A DNA stretch of 60,655 bases, filler included, from Piptocephalis cylindrospora (taxonomy: Eukaryota), in NCBI GenBank assembly GCA_003614145.1. It is 10 parts of 10 records of this genome, joined end to end, with 100 filler letters (N's around TTAATTAATTAA, not from the genome) between each part and the next. Parts side by side here need not be neighbours in the genome. Positions count along the whole stretch, not along the records: positions 48,668 to 54,625 come from KZ988340.1; positions 54,726 to 60,655 come from KZ988341.1; 8 more parts are not named here. The stretch is one strand, 5' to 3'. The translations under genes and the position numbers were made by a program. The notes below the pieces were generated by a model, which ran no database searches, was not told the DNA's origin, and was given only the letters and a program-made list of their open reading frames with translations. This document shows, piece by piece, positions 49,467 to 60,655 of this stretch; position 1 is the first letter of the stretch; each line of letters opens with the position of its first letter.

Positions 49467-49987
49467 TCGGAGGGAGGGAGGGAGGGAGGGAGGGAATAGG
49501 GTGAAGTGTTGGGAAGAAAAGGACGGGGGAGAAGAGGAGGAAGAAAGAAGAAAAGGTCTCACACTTATCCTCCCCCATCAGGTGTCAGTGCCCTTAAGGG
49601 GAGGGAATCCCGCCTGCCTTCATCCATGAGAGATGAATGCATAGTCAATGTCGGGGATGGGGTGCTGTTCGCCTCGAATGTATGACACTCACTCACACTT
49701 GTATCTTGCCTCTACTGATACGGGATGGAGGGGGGTGGATCAATGCACGTGAGGGCCCTAGTGTGTGCTGGATCATGTTGTCGTGGGAAGGGGGGGAAGA
49801 GAGAGAGACCTGTGCGTTGCTGCTGCCGCTATACCCATATATACTGATTGACTCATGTGTTAAGGAGGCTCTCCCTACCTCTTTCGTCAAGAGATGGTAT
49901 CATGTCTAATAGTCAAAGATCAACTGGGAGTAAAAACGGATCATCACCATCTCCTCCTAATGCTACTATCGTCTTTCCCGTTTACAC

Positions 49988-51307
49988 CTAAGCCTCCACA
50001 TTTTCAATGATCACAGCAATGCCCTGACCTCCACCAATGCAGGCAGAGCCAAGTCCGTACCGCTTCCCAGTGGCCCTGAGAGTATGGGCCAGATGGGCGA
50101 GGATACGGCTACCACTGGCGGCCAGAGGATGACCGATGGCAATGGCACCGCCATTAACATTGGTCCTCTCGGACTCGAGGGACAGCTCCTTCTGGACAGA
50201 GAGGAACTGGGCGGCAAAGGCCTCGTTCACCTCGATCAGGTCCATCTGGTCCAAGGTCAGACCAGCTCTCTTGAGAGCCATGTGGATGGCGGGGACGGGT
50301 CCGATCCCCATAATGGAAGGGTCGACCCCGACCACACCGTAGGATACCACTCGGGCCAGGGGATTGATGGAATGGGAGGAGACAGCGTCAGCCGATGCCA
50401 CCACCACCGCCGCAGCCCCATCACATATTCCTGAGGCATTTCCCGCCGTGACCAGGCCGTCGCCCTTCTTGAACACGGGGGAGAGCTTGGTGAGGTTCTC
50501 CAGCTTAGTCGAGGGTCTAGGGTGTTCATCCAATCCCAGAGTCTCTGTTTCTCCTCTTTTCTTCCCCTTGACCTGCATTGGGGCGATTTCCTCAGTGAAT
50601 GCCCCAGATTCTTGACCTATAGATCATTCAGGAGGACGGGAGTGAGTGAGGAGATCCTGCCATGTACAAGCGTCCTTTCTCTCCATCTTCTACGTCTCAA
50701 TGGGTTACCTACCCTTGGATGCACGTTGTTGACTCAACAAGGCAAAAGCATCACAATCTCCCCTGGTAATGCCGTACTGAGCGCCGAGCTTCTCGGCCGT
50801 GTTGCCCATGGGGCAGGGAGTGGAGGTACCTGGGTACTGATCTACCAGACTATGGGCCAGACTATCTTCTAGGGTCTGATCCACGCCGTATCGTGTGCCC
50901 CATCGACCACTCCGAAGAATGTACGGGGCCTGGCTCATGCTCTCGGTACCGCCCGTCAGGACAATGTCCGAATCCCCCAAACTAATCTCATGAACCGCAT
51001 TAATCACGGCCTGGAAGCCCGACCCGCAGAGACGGTTGATCGTCAAAGCCGGGGTTTCCTGGGCAAGGCCAGCTCGAAGACCAACGTGCCTGGCAAGGTA
51101 GGCGGCATCCTTAGATGTGTGCATAACATTACCAAAGATCGTTGAGGATACAGCCTTTCTGGCTGACTCGGGGAGAGTGTCCAAGGCAGCCGTGGATGCA
51201 TGTGCTCCAAGCTCCGTGGCACTCACGTCCTTGAGCTTTCCACCAAACGCTCCGAAAGGGGTACGCTTGGCGGCGACAATGAAGGTATCGGCGATCTTGC
51301 GGCTCAT
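49988..51307 (-). CDS. 3-ketoacyl-CoA thiolase (ACAA2-like), intron 50617-50712
   Basis: TINRLCGSG, VTAGNASGICDGA, NEAF, GHPLAASG and CIGGGQG. Confidence 0.95.
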
Positions 51308-52436
51308 GGCGTAGGTTGGGAAGGGGCTGGGTGGGTAAGAAGGATGATGAGAGAGTGGAATGGAGAGATATGGAAGTGTAGGAGGCTTTCCCAGGTCTAA
51401 ATGGCTCTGTCCACCCAGTATTTATATCCCCTTTCTCCCTGTTTAGTCTGTGCCTAGTTGGCTGATGGGCCAAAGAGCAGACTCGGCCCAGACGGCAAGT
51501 TGAGCATCCGGGATGACGACGTGACATGGCCATTGTGGGGAAAGTGCGCATGTGAGAGGTGTGTGTGGAGATGGGAGAGAGGCTGGTTGCTTCCCGCGCC
51601 ATATCAAGCTGCCTTCTCCCATCTCACAACTGCATACACTGATAGACGAAAAAGTAAAATTGGATAAATTTGGCCTATTTTCAAGGACGCGTCGCGAATG
51701 ACCATTGATCCGTCCTCCGTCTTCTTTGGCCATGGTCTAGTCTCCCAAAAGGATTCCTATAGTATATGTAGCCTCTTTCGTGATGCATGGGATTTAAGAG
51801 AGATACATAGGGCGCATGCTTTATCTCCGTAGGAAGTGTGATTCGGTGACTACAGACAAGTTGGGTTGCGATTTATCGGGCTGCTTGGGCTCCTGGTCCA
51901 TACAGTAATCATCAGTAGTATCTAGTAACATTTCTTCTGATCCTCTATATAATGCGCAATATGAAATTGGGTCTATTTTCATCATAGTAGCGTTCTAGAG
52001 GAGAGCGGATATGATCCTGTCGATCCACAAGCAAGAGGATAGCGTGAAGCTGAGTTATATTTGATATGGACTAGGGGAAACCAGCGTATCTGACTCTCTA
52101 CTTTAAAGATATGGTGAAGCGGGAAGCCCCTCTGGTGACATGTGATTTCCCATACAATAATAGTGATGACTAGCGGCTGAATCCTATCAATGTTCGCTGA
52201 AACGAGAATCATTTGCCTTCTATATATTTCCCGTAGCATAGCCGTCTAAGCTTCTTCCTTTGGATTCGACTCCGAGCGTGTGTTATCCCTCCCTTGCACT
52301 AGGTCAAGTTCAAGAACCCCAATGGCACCGTTTCCACTGCTGGCCACCATCTTCCTTGTGGATCCCATGGTCATCTACCTCGAGAGGGGGCGCGCTAATG
52401 GTTTTCTGTAGCGTCCATCCAAAAAATTACTGTACA

Positions 52437-52550
52437 GGACACACGTCGGGAACATTGTTTCTGGTACCACGCAGGCCGGCCGAATGAGGCGGGCTATGTG
52501 TTCGGATGCCTTTAGCGCCTACCCCACTAAGGAAAATACAATGGTTTCAA
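52437..52550 (+). repeat. Repeat family B, copy 4 (different contig)
   Basis: 5' half matches copy 2. 3' half (GGATGCCT..GCCTACC.CACT.AGGAAAATA) matches copy 1. Confidence 0.7.
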
Positions 52551-53190
52551 CAACAACTTATGTATGAGAGTAACATTAGTCTCAGTCATGGATTAAGACC
52601 CATTGAATACCTATATCGACCTCTGCTTAGGTGAATGCGCAAAAAAGGAACGCGCAGGATACGTCTATGTCCATAGATAGTTCTTGCATAAGAAAACAAT
52701 ATACTCACTATCGTAATGGCCACATCTGGATAACGGTGTTGGCCGAAAAGAGTGAGTCTCTGATCTCCATGAGGACGAGGCAAAGTAGTGTCTCATCAGA
52801 AAGAAATATCAACACGTGCCGCGTGATAAGCATATATCTATGCTCCAGATCGAAATGGGTGCCTTGAGGCTTTTATAGATATGCATTTGTGGCGTGTGGA
52901 AGCTCTGTCCAAGCTTAATCTAGGCATAAATCCCTCGGTTACACCGATTGGGATCTCTTCCCGAAATTCGCCACGAAAATAGAAGTGACCACGTCTTCAG
53001 ACCAACAGTTTCAAGACGCGTCATCCAGACGGGCACTCAGTCCAGCCAGACCTGATTCTTGTTTCTTTTCCTCAAAGCCCTGACCTTACCCTTTTAGAAG
53101 CACACCCCTTTGCTCCCTTTCTCTTTCATTTCCCGAATACGACTTTAACAACCCTATACGTATTCTGCTACTACGTTACGCGCCCTGTTC

Positions 53191-54483
53191 ATGGAGTCGC
53201 TACGGAAACACCACCCATTCACCATCCTTCCTTGGTTCAATCGCTGGTTGGTACTCACCCCTGTCGAAGGAACCTTTCGTGTCGAGATCTATCGACCCCA
53301 AGGGGGAAAGGCTGAGAAGACGCTGAGCATCCCTACTAGCCAAGGTGTGTCGTGTTAGACCTACGGCTGTGCCTCCATGCTATACTGACACGACCTGTCA
53401 TCTATTTTAGATCACCCTCCTCAGGAAGCCCAGTTATTATCCATTAACCTTGCTTGCTCTCTGCCTACGCGTCGATATAGGTAGGTGAATTGAATATACT
53501 TTGAATAGAGAGGGCTCAGCTCATTGGCGAGTCCCCTGAAGAGTAGGTCTATACCATGGATTCTTTATCTGGGTGGAGGAGGGATTCCTGTGCCAGGAGA
53601 ATCCAACCGGGAGGCTCTTAGCCTTATCCGCTTAGATGACCTGACCGTCCCTCAATACTCCGTATTCACTACACCATGGGACATGCCTGATGAGCCAATT
53701 CTTGGTGAGATGACATCTCATCTAGCTGGAGATCTTCACACGAGCTCACCTCCCCTTTGCGCCGTCTATAGGAGCCAAAATACTGGATGGACCATGGGTT
53801 TGCGTGGCCACTTCCTCCGCCGTTCTGGTTTGGGATCCACGTTCCGGATCCTCAAAGATCCTACCTCATCAAAGTATCTGCCCACTCTCATTCCACACCA
53901 TTCAGCGGAATGAGCCAGTAATGGTGCAGATCACGGGGAGAAATAATGGAGGATACAACGTGGATACCATCTCTCTAGTGTCCGGAAATTCTTTGTACAC
54001 CACCCGCCTCCTAATTCCCTGTCTGAGTGAGATGGGCGAGAGTGAGACTGAGCTCATAGGGATGGACTTCATGGTAGATCGTCATGGGTGGGTCAGTGAC
54101 TGGGTAGGGTGGACCCAGCAAGGTGACTTTTTTTATGGTTATGGCGCTGTTCCGACTGGCAAGGATGAGAAAGTATCTACAGTTGCATGGAATTTCCCTC
54201 ATCCTCCCGATACGTCCATGCTCTACCTCGGCAGGACCTACCGTATAGCGTCAGGTCAACTATCTTTCCTCGCCTTTTCTCGAGCCTCAGGTATGCTCGT
54301 GCTCATCGGAATAGAGGCGGAATCGCAGGGTAAGTGATGATCCCAGTGTATGGATTAAATAGTGATGAGAAACTCTATTTACCCCATGATCATCCATTCT
54401 GTATGACCCTATCGTGTAGAGCTGAGATCTTTGCCCCCTGGCGCAAGGGTGGTTGGATGTCGAGCCGACCCTTTTACGCCTGA
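53191..54483 (+). CDS. Hypothetical multi-exon protein, possibly a beta-propeller
   Basis: ATG at 53191 and canonical introns. Intron 53705-53771 joins PILG|AKILDGPWVCVATSSAVLVWD. Last exon ends with TGA at 54483. Confidence 0.5.
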
Positions 54484-55739
54484 GGAACTCGTTGGTCCTT
54501 TGGGAAGTGTAGTTTTATATGAATCTGCCTCTCATCTTCTCATTGTTCAGGACATCTCAACCAAAGGTGCGGATCCATAAATGGTGTATTCATGGGTTTT
54601 TGTATTTATAACCGGAAAAAGGCTCNNNNNNNNNNNNNNNNNNNNNNNNNNNNNNNNNNNNNNNNNNNNTTAATTAATTAANNNNNNNNNNNNNNNNNNN
54701 NNNNNNNNNNNNNNNNNNNNNNNNNGGGGGGGGGGGAGCAGGAGATTGAGAGTTGCACAGCCACTATGAATACAGCTACTAGGCTGGCAAAGCTGAGAGA
54801 CACACAGATTGTGACCAGCCCAAGCCAGAGTGATAGAAAGGCCTTGCATATGCCGTGCAGAATGCATAGCCATCCCGGTTTTAAGAGGGATGACCTGGGT
54901 TCGACTGGATCAGAAAGGGGCAAAAGGTAGATGAGCCGTCTTTATCAATACATCACTTTTCTCCTTGGATCATATTGAGCCATCCTCGCCCATCACACAT
55001 TACTCAATGATCCTTCTCATGGGTTCAACCCTTTTGCCCCTCGAGGGTCATAGATCAGGTGAGTGAGCCAGATGATCACGAACTGTGAGGTCGGAATCTC
55101 TTTTCTTTGGAAAAATGACCTGTGGGGCATACATCATGGATAAACACATGCAAGGGAAGAGGCGATCCCATGTAGTCATAGTTCGTACACCCATTGAAGT
55201 ACCCCCTTTCAAAGGTCCCTTCAGGGCATGGTGGTAAAAAGGTATGTTACCCAATACATGGAGGCAATGGTTGTCACGGGATCATCATGAATGGAGAGAT
55301 GGAAAGAAAGTGCGTGATGTTTAGGAAGGGGGAAAGGAGACGAATTATGATCATCAGATATACATACTACAAATGATATTTGGCATCGTCACCCACTCTA
55401 ATAACTTTTTCAAGTCTGCTAGTAGCTTATTGTTCCGAGAATATAAGAAATATAAAAGGTAATAATTACATGATGGAAAACACTGGGTACTCTTGGTCTA
55501 TCACTCTTGGGGATTATGTATAATAATTTCATCATTATCATAGCAATACCACTTTATAAAAACAAAATATCATTATCATTCAAAAAGGATTGAAAACTAT
55601 TGTTCCTATTGGAAGTGGCCAGTCAACTTATTTTGCATCATACTTATTTCCTTGGGGCTTGGTCATCTCAATGAAATCAGTAATCCAGTTTCATTAAGCG
55701 AAAGATGAAGAAAGTCTAAGGACTTCAGAAAAAATTGAG

Positions 55740-55813
55740 GCTTCCGTGGCGCAATTGGCTAGCGCGTCTGACTGTTAATCAGGAGGTTGGTGGTTCGATC
55801 CCACCCGGGAGCG
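55740..55813 (+). tRNA. tRNA-Asn (GTT), intronless
   Basis: Complete cloverleaf: acceptor GCTTCCG/CGGGAGC, D stem GCGC/GCGC, anticodon arm TCTGA-CTGTTAA-TCAGG, T arm GGTGG-TTCGATC-CCACC. A T6 Pol III terminator follows. Confidence 0.97.
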
Positions 55814-55986
55814 TCGTGTTTTTTCACTATATTTTTGGCTCGGGTTTGAAAGTGCGTTCCTCATCCACATTAAATGGGAAAAGTGGAAAAGCGCTGTAAT
55901 AAACACAGCTAGGAAGAGGGGATCATAAGTCCAGAAGGACGGTTCAATACTCCCCTTTTCTTCATCCTCCTCCCACACCTAGTGTC

Positions 55987-56376
55987 ATGAGCGCAAGTCG
56001 ACGAATGCAAGCGGCCGAGCTGTCGGCTCGCATCTTTTCCCAGGTCTGGAATCCTACGGGAGTACGGACGGGAAATAAGGTCCTAAGGCAACGGCCCAGG
56101 GCCGAGCATGTCCTCTCCTACTACCCTAAGCCCGCAGTTAACTTTAAAGAGTTCCGTGAGTTTGTCAAAGTAGAAAAGAAAAAGTTCCAGATCTTTGGGG
56201 GAAATACTCGGGATCTAGCCAAGTTGAACGCGGATGTGTGTGCCTGGAGTGGGTCACCCATCGTGGATGTGGATGAGGCAGAGCGGGTGGAGAAGTTGGA
56301 TCGGGCCCGTCGTCGCGGTAAGGGCACACCCAAGAAGGGGCAGGGTAAGCGCGCGACCATCAAGAAGAAGAAATAA
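55987..56376 (+). CDS. RSM27: Mitochondrial small-subunit ribosomal protein mS33
   Basis: IFSQVWNPTGVRTGNKVLRQR..SYYP and RRRGKGTPKK. Confidence 0.92.
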   Translation: MSASRRMQAAELSARIFSQVWNPTGVRTGNKVLRQRPRAEHVLSYYPKPAVNFKEFREFVKVEKKKFQIFGGNTRDLAKLNADVCAWSGSPIVDVDEAERVEKLDRARRRGKGTPKKGQGKRATIKKKK

Positions 56377-56863
56377 ATGGTAGATCTGGGGCTTGGAGCC
56401 TTAGCTCATTAAACACATCTGATAAGGCTTGGTGGGTGGAAGGAAATAGAGAAAAGCATTGGTGCCATGTTCACGTAAATGTCCAAAGGATGGGTCGATG
56501 GGTGTTTGCGAGCAGGTGGGGGTCCCTCAATAGAATGAAGGGAGAGGGATGGGTGATTATACCCATGGATCGCCGTATCCGGATGCGTATGGGTTCCTTG
56601 GAGACTGGTCTCTCTTCATAGGGGATACTCTTGCGTTTACCTGATGTATAGCTATGGATACCGCTAACCAGGGTAAGAGGAGTTTCATTCCCATGCAAAG
56701 GATGTTTATTAGCACGCTTAAAACTCGGGACTAGGATCAAGGCATGGTATGGCGGCTATAAGCGGGAACCCTCGCACCACTCACCTTCCCACATCCCTCG
56801 CTCTTTCTTTGCTCCACTACCATTTCTTTGCCCTCTTTGAACCTTCACACCTCTCCACTTAAT

Positions 56864-57611
56864 ATGTCGACTGGCGCAGCAACGAATGGCTGGGGACTTG
56901 GTGGAAGCTTGGAGGAGCAAGCCGAATATAACCAGGCTGTGTCGACCCTTCCAAAACCTTTTGGAGTGCTTGCAACTGTACGCCTTTATTATCCTCCCTC
57001 GTCCCCTCTAGCCACTCACTCAATTCTGTCCCTAGGTTTCGATCCTCGCTACAACGAATCAGCCCGAGGCAGTGGAATCGTTTATTCAACATGCCATCGC
57101 GGCTGAAACTACCGATCCCATCCGTCTCGTCCATCTTTGCCAGGCATCATTGATTAAAACGGCGCCTTTATGCGGCTTTCCCAAAATCATCAATGCCATG
57201 AATAGCCTGGTGGATGGGCTGCCCCGGCCCATCTATCATCAACTGCGCTCCTCCTACGAAAAGCCTAGCCCTATGACTACTGAGGCCTATCGTACCCGAG
57301 GAATGATCCTGTTTGACCGGGTTTACGGAGTTAATAGCCAAAGGGTACAGGACCGCATTGGAGAGTCTAGTCCTCGGCTCATGGATATTATCATGAATGA
57401 CATGTACGGAAAGATCTTGTCGGATGAATCCCTCCTATCGGCCCCACAGACCGAGCTCCTCGCTGTCGGCGCCCTCGCCACCCAGGATGTGCCCTATCAG
57501 TTACGTTCTCATGTCCTAGGCGCAAGGAATGTTGGTGTGCCTCAGGTTCAGATTGATGCCGTTATTACTCTGGCCAAGCTCCTTTTGCGTCGGCGGAGGG
57601 CAAGCATCTAG
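56864..57611 (+). CDS. AhpD/carboxymuconolactone decarboxylase-like protein (2 exons)
   Basis: CGFPKIINAM, RGMILFDRVYG, MYGKILSD and QLRSHVLGARNVG. Confidence 0.8.
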
Positions 57612-58116
57612 TTGGGGTTCGTGGTGCTGGAGTGGTCTGTAGACAAGTGTTACTTGTGGGATAGGGTACAGTCCATTGAACCTTTTATCGTCGATACACG
57701 TAGTGTTACAATCAGAGAGAGGAAGTGAATTTCATTTCAAATTCGATACATTCTTTGATAGATTTGTGATAAAAGGGTAAAGATTAAGATGATTCATCCA
57801 GAACCGCATGTCTCTTCTCACTCCATCCTCCGGCTTATGTCATTACCCATGAACAAGGGGGGTATATTGATGGTCTGGATCTTGACCTTGGTCATTCAAT
57901 ATCTTTTCATGGGCTAGTGTCGCTGAGGATGATGCACCCTTGACCATGCCCAGGGGATGTGTGGATGTGTGTGTGCCCTTCATTCCCCTGGACCTGGTCG
58001 GTGGAAGGGGCATATCCCAGCCGCCTCCATGGGATCTCATCTCGTCAACCACGATATCTATTCTCCTTCCTTTCTTCTTTCTTGCCTATCCACCCCCACT
58101 CATAGATAGTATCAAA

Positions 58117-59172
58117 ATGGAATATCCCACAAGCTGTGAATTAACCGAGGAAGACCTAAACAAATTAGATAATGTGGCCATGGAAGGAGATCTGACTTTG
58201 GGATATATGCTTACGGTAGGGATGTGGTTCCGCAGGTATCGATGAATACCTCATAGACATTTTTCATACCCATTCTACCCTATTTAGGTGGTCATCCTTA
58301 CTGTAGGAAATTGCCCCAAGACCGTGGGCTATGTGACTCAGCGATTCATTGATAGCATTGGGGATGAGGAAGCGGCTGCCCAAGTGCTTGAATGTACCCG
58401 AGAGGCCATCACGAAGACCTCTTATTGGTGTGGTGTGCCCAAGGTAAGGGAGATATGTGGGTATAATTTATGTCCTTCAGAGCATCAGGATACTAGGAAT
58501 TATCCCTCATCCGCCCATCTCCCCTGTAGGCCATAAATGCGATGAGGGAATGCGTGGGAGCGGTGGCTCCAGCGGTTCGGGTACGACTAACCACGGGAAC
58601 GTCCTTGTAAGGTGTCATCCCAAGCATCAGGAGATAGCTGTAGCATACCTGCTCACTAGGCCTGTATGATTAGATCGGTCCAGGAGGAGGAGGAGCAAAC
58701 GGATAAGCTAAACAAGTCCCTATCCATGGTCTTTGGGAATAAGGGTATGCTGGGAGGGATGTATCTACCTCATCATTCCTGTCTGGGGCCTCGTCCTTGC
58801 TTATATTCTCTCCTCTGGTAGGTCTCAAGGTGTTTGACGAGATCCAGGACTGCAGTCCGCAGCTCTACAATCTGGCCAAAGGTATTTTGATGGGTGCGTG
58901 GGGTACAAGGATCTTCATTGCTCATTATCCGTCTGGAGTATGTGCTAGAGATATACCAGGAGGTGATTGTGACACGATGCGCCATGGGAGTAGATATTTC
59001 CGAGCTCATTGGAGTCGCAGCTCTCCAGATCCTCGGGCTGAATGATGCTCTGGTCATACATCAGGAAATCGCCCTCAAGTCCGGGGCCTCCTCCGAACAA
59101 GTCAATAAGGTGACGAGGGCATGTGGTACTTTCCTGGAGATTGCCAACAGCAAAGGCTGGAAAGTGTTTTAA
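58117..59172 (+). CDS. Second, divergent AhpD/CMD-like protein (multi-exon)
   Basis: REAITKTSYWCGVPK|AINAM and ISELIGVAALQ..HQEIALKSGAS.EQV parallel the upstream paralog. Confidence 0.6.
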
Positions 59173-59341
59173 TCTCAGAAGAGGGACATATATGTTGTCT
59201 TATGAATGGAGAGGAAGGAAAAGACTTGATTTTTTGATTCATGGTCTCTCTAATCTATCTCATCCATACCACTATCCATGGGTAAGGATGGTCCATTGAG
59301 AGAGAGCGTGTGTGTGCGTGAGGAAAGAGAACCCAAGATGA

Positions 59342-60037
59342 TTATGCCTTTTCTTGCTTGGATTGATGCTCCGTCTGCAGCTTGATGATCTAAAAGAAAA
59401 GGGAGAATGAATGAGTTTAGGACGAGGACAAGGACCTTCGCTCGCCACCCCCTCAGACCCTATTCAATGCTTACCTCGCTCTTCTTGGCCTCTTGCTTGG
59501 CTGTGAGATCCTTGAGGAGCTTTTCCACTCGGTCACTGCGGGCCATTGGTGAGGGAGGATGCTGAGTGAGGGTTTTGTCCATTCGACCCTTTGGTTTAAT
59601 TAAATCCTTACATTTCACCCTTGATGAATTCAAGTCGCTTCTTCACATTCCCGGTGGCCTCTACCCTCTCCTGAGGCACCAAGGAAGGTCCGATCAATTT
59701 GTAGATTTGCGCGCCTTCCTCCAACTCTCCAAATTCCTATAGGAAAGTATAGTGCAATGGACAGGAGAAAAATGAGACTATTGAGCTGAGTTGTATCAGG
59801 GACCTGACCTTCATCCCATCGCGGACAATCCTACCTTTTGGACCTGCTCATTCTCGCTCAGCTGGGAGTCGAGCCTTTGACGGGTCTCCACGGTCGTGGA
59901 GATCTCTACCAGGGAAAGGACGAGTGAGTATAGGAGGCAAAGTATAGTGGAAAGGAGTGGCTCTGGGTAGGCAAGGTACCTTGCTGAATGCCGCGGAAGG
60001 CCGAGGTGGCTGCTTCAAGTCGTGCTTCAAGGGACAT
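59342..60037 (-). CDS. YKE2: Prefoldin subunit 6 (5 exons; absent from the ORF track)
   Basis: Spliced: MSLEARLE..RQRLDSQLSENEQVQK|EFGELEEGAQIYKLIGPSLVPQE..NVKKRLEFIKGEI|DRVEK..KQEKA*. Confidence 0.9.
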
Positions 60038-60655
60038 GGTCTTTACTGAGAGAACTGATCGGGTGAGGGAGGATGATAAGTGGTGAAGAGGAAGGAGAAG
60101 GATGGAAGGTGGGGCGCGGCGTGGCGTGAGTCTACTAGGTCAACACGCAGTGTGTAGCTATTATTACTGGCGGTGACACCCCGACATCAGGGCTTGTTGC
60201 TCTATGCTTCCTTACAATTCCTGGAAACTATGCGCGATCGTAATGCATTACTGTTGCTCTCCTACTTGATTGGCTATGCAATACATGTTTCATTGACCCA
60301 TTTATGTTTATCGCATTATCCCAAACTTCATCATGCAACATCAAACATGGTACAGAGGGCTCTTTATTCATCACTTGCCCCCCCTTTCTCCTTTCCCTAC
60401 CTTCCCCCTCCCCCCCCAGTCCCCGTCATAGCCCTTCACATGCACAGCCGGTAAGTCAAGTACCGACCAGCCGTCTCACTGGGCCGAACAATCTTGACCA
60501 CTTGACCACGCTTTAAGCCAAAGTACCGTGCTACCGGATCGATGGACTGGATCCTGGGTAGTTGGGATTCCTGCAGACGACTAGAGAAGCAGAGGGGCAC
60601 ACGTTAGTAATTCATTGCCCAAAAATAGATCTCACGTATCCTAAAACTTACTAGC

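Noticed and set aside
52030..52100. U3 snoRNA box B-like AGCGTGAAGC
   Set aside because: No box A (GGAUCAUUUC) and no box C in the right place.
52506..52542. U12 snRNA-like ATGCCTT...TAAGGAAAATA
   Set aside because: The spacing is wrong, there is no downstream Sm site, and the motif is not kept in the other family B copies.
5998..54725. Regularly spaced TTAATTAATTAA palindromes about every 6 kb, and any gene cluster spanning them
   Set aside because: They are artificial contig-joining linkers embedded in N runs, so neighbours across them are unrelated.

Overview
Eukaryotic (fungal) DNA with short GT-AG introns, probably from an early-diverging lineage such as Zoopagomycota (an inference from gene style, not a database result). 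The window is not one locus. It is ten ~6 kb contigs in descending length order, joined by artificial N-TTAATTAATTAA-N linkers, so gene order across linkers means nothing. About 29 protein genes or gene fragments are recognisable: Trf4/Cid1-type nucleotidyltransferase, XRCC2, ODC antizyme, monoglyceride lipase, glucosylceramide synthase, VTC1, PA2G4-like, CAND1, amino-acid transporter, RCL1, GGPP synthase, DNA ligase I, Sfp1-like, LAMTOR1-like, MFS, VPS17, thiolase, mS33, two AhpD-like, prefoldin 6 and others. There is also a tRNA-Asn and a probable decayed Ty3/Gypsy pol. Main hidden signals: (1) an antizyme gene needing a +1 programmed ribosomal frameshift at UGG-UGU-UUU-UGA; (2) two unidentified families of dispersed non-coding repeats whose differences preserve base pairing on the + strand, which makes them candidate new structured RNAs or non-autonomous elements; (3) an AUG-less, acid-free, in-frame extension upstream of DNA ligase I that looks like a non-AUG-initiated mitochondrial presequence; (4) MCB-like clusters upstream of LIG1 and XRCC2. 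Exon boundaries were read by eye.
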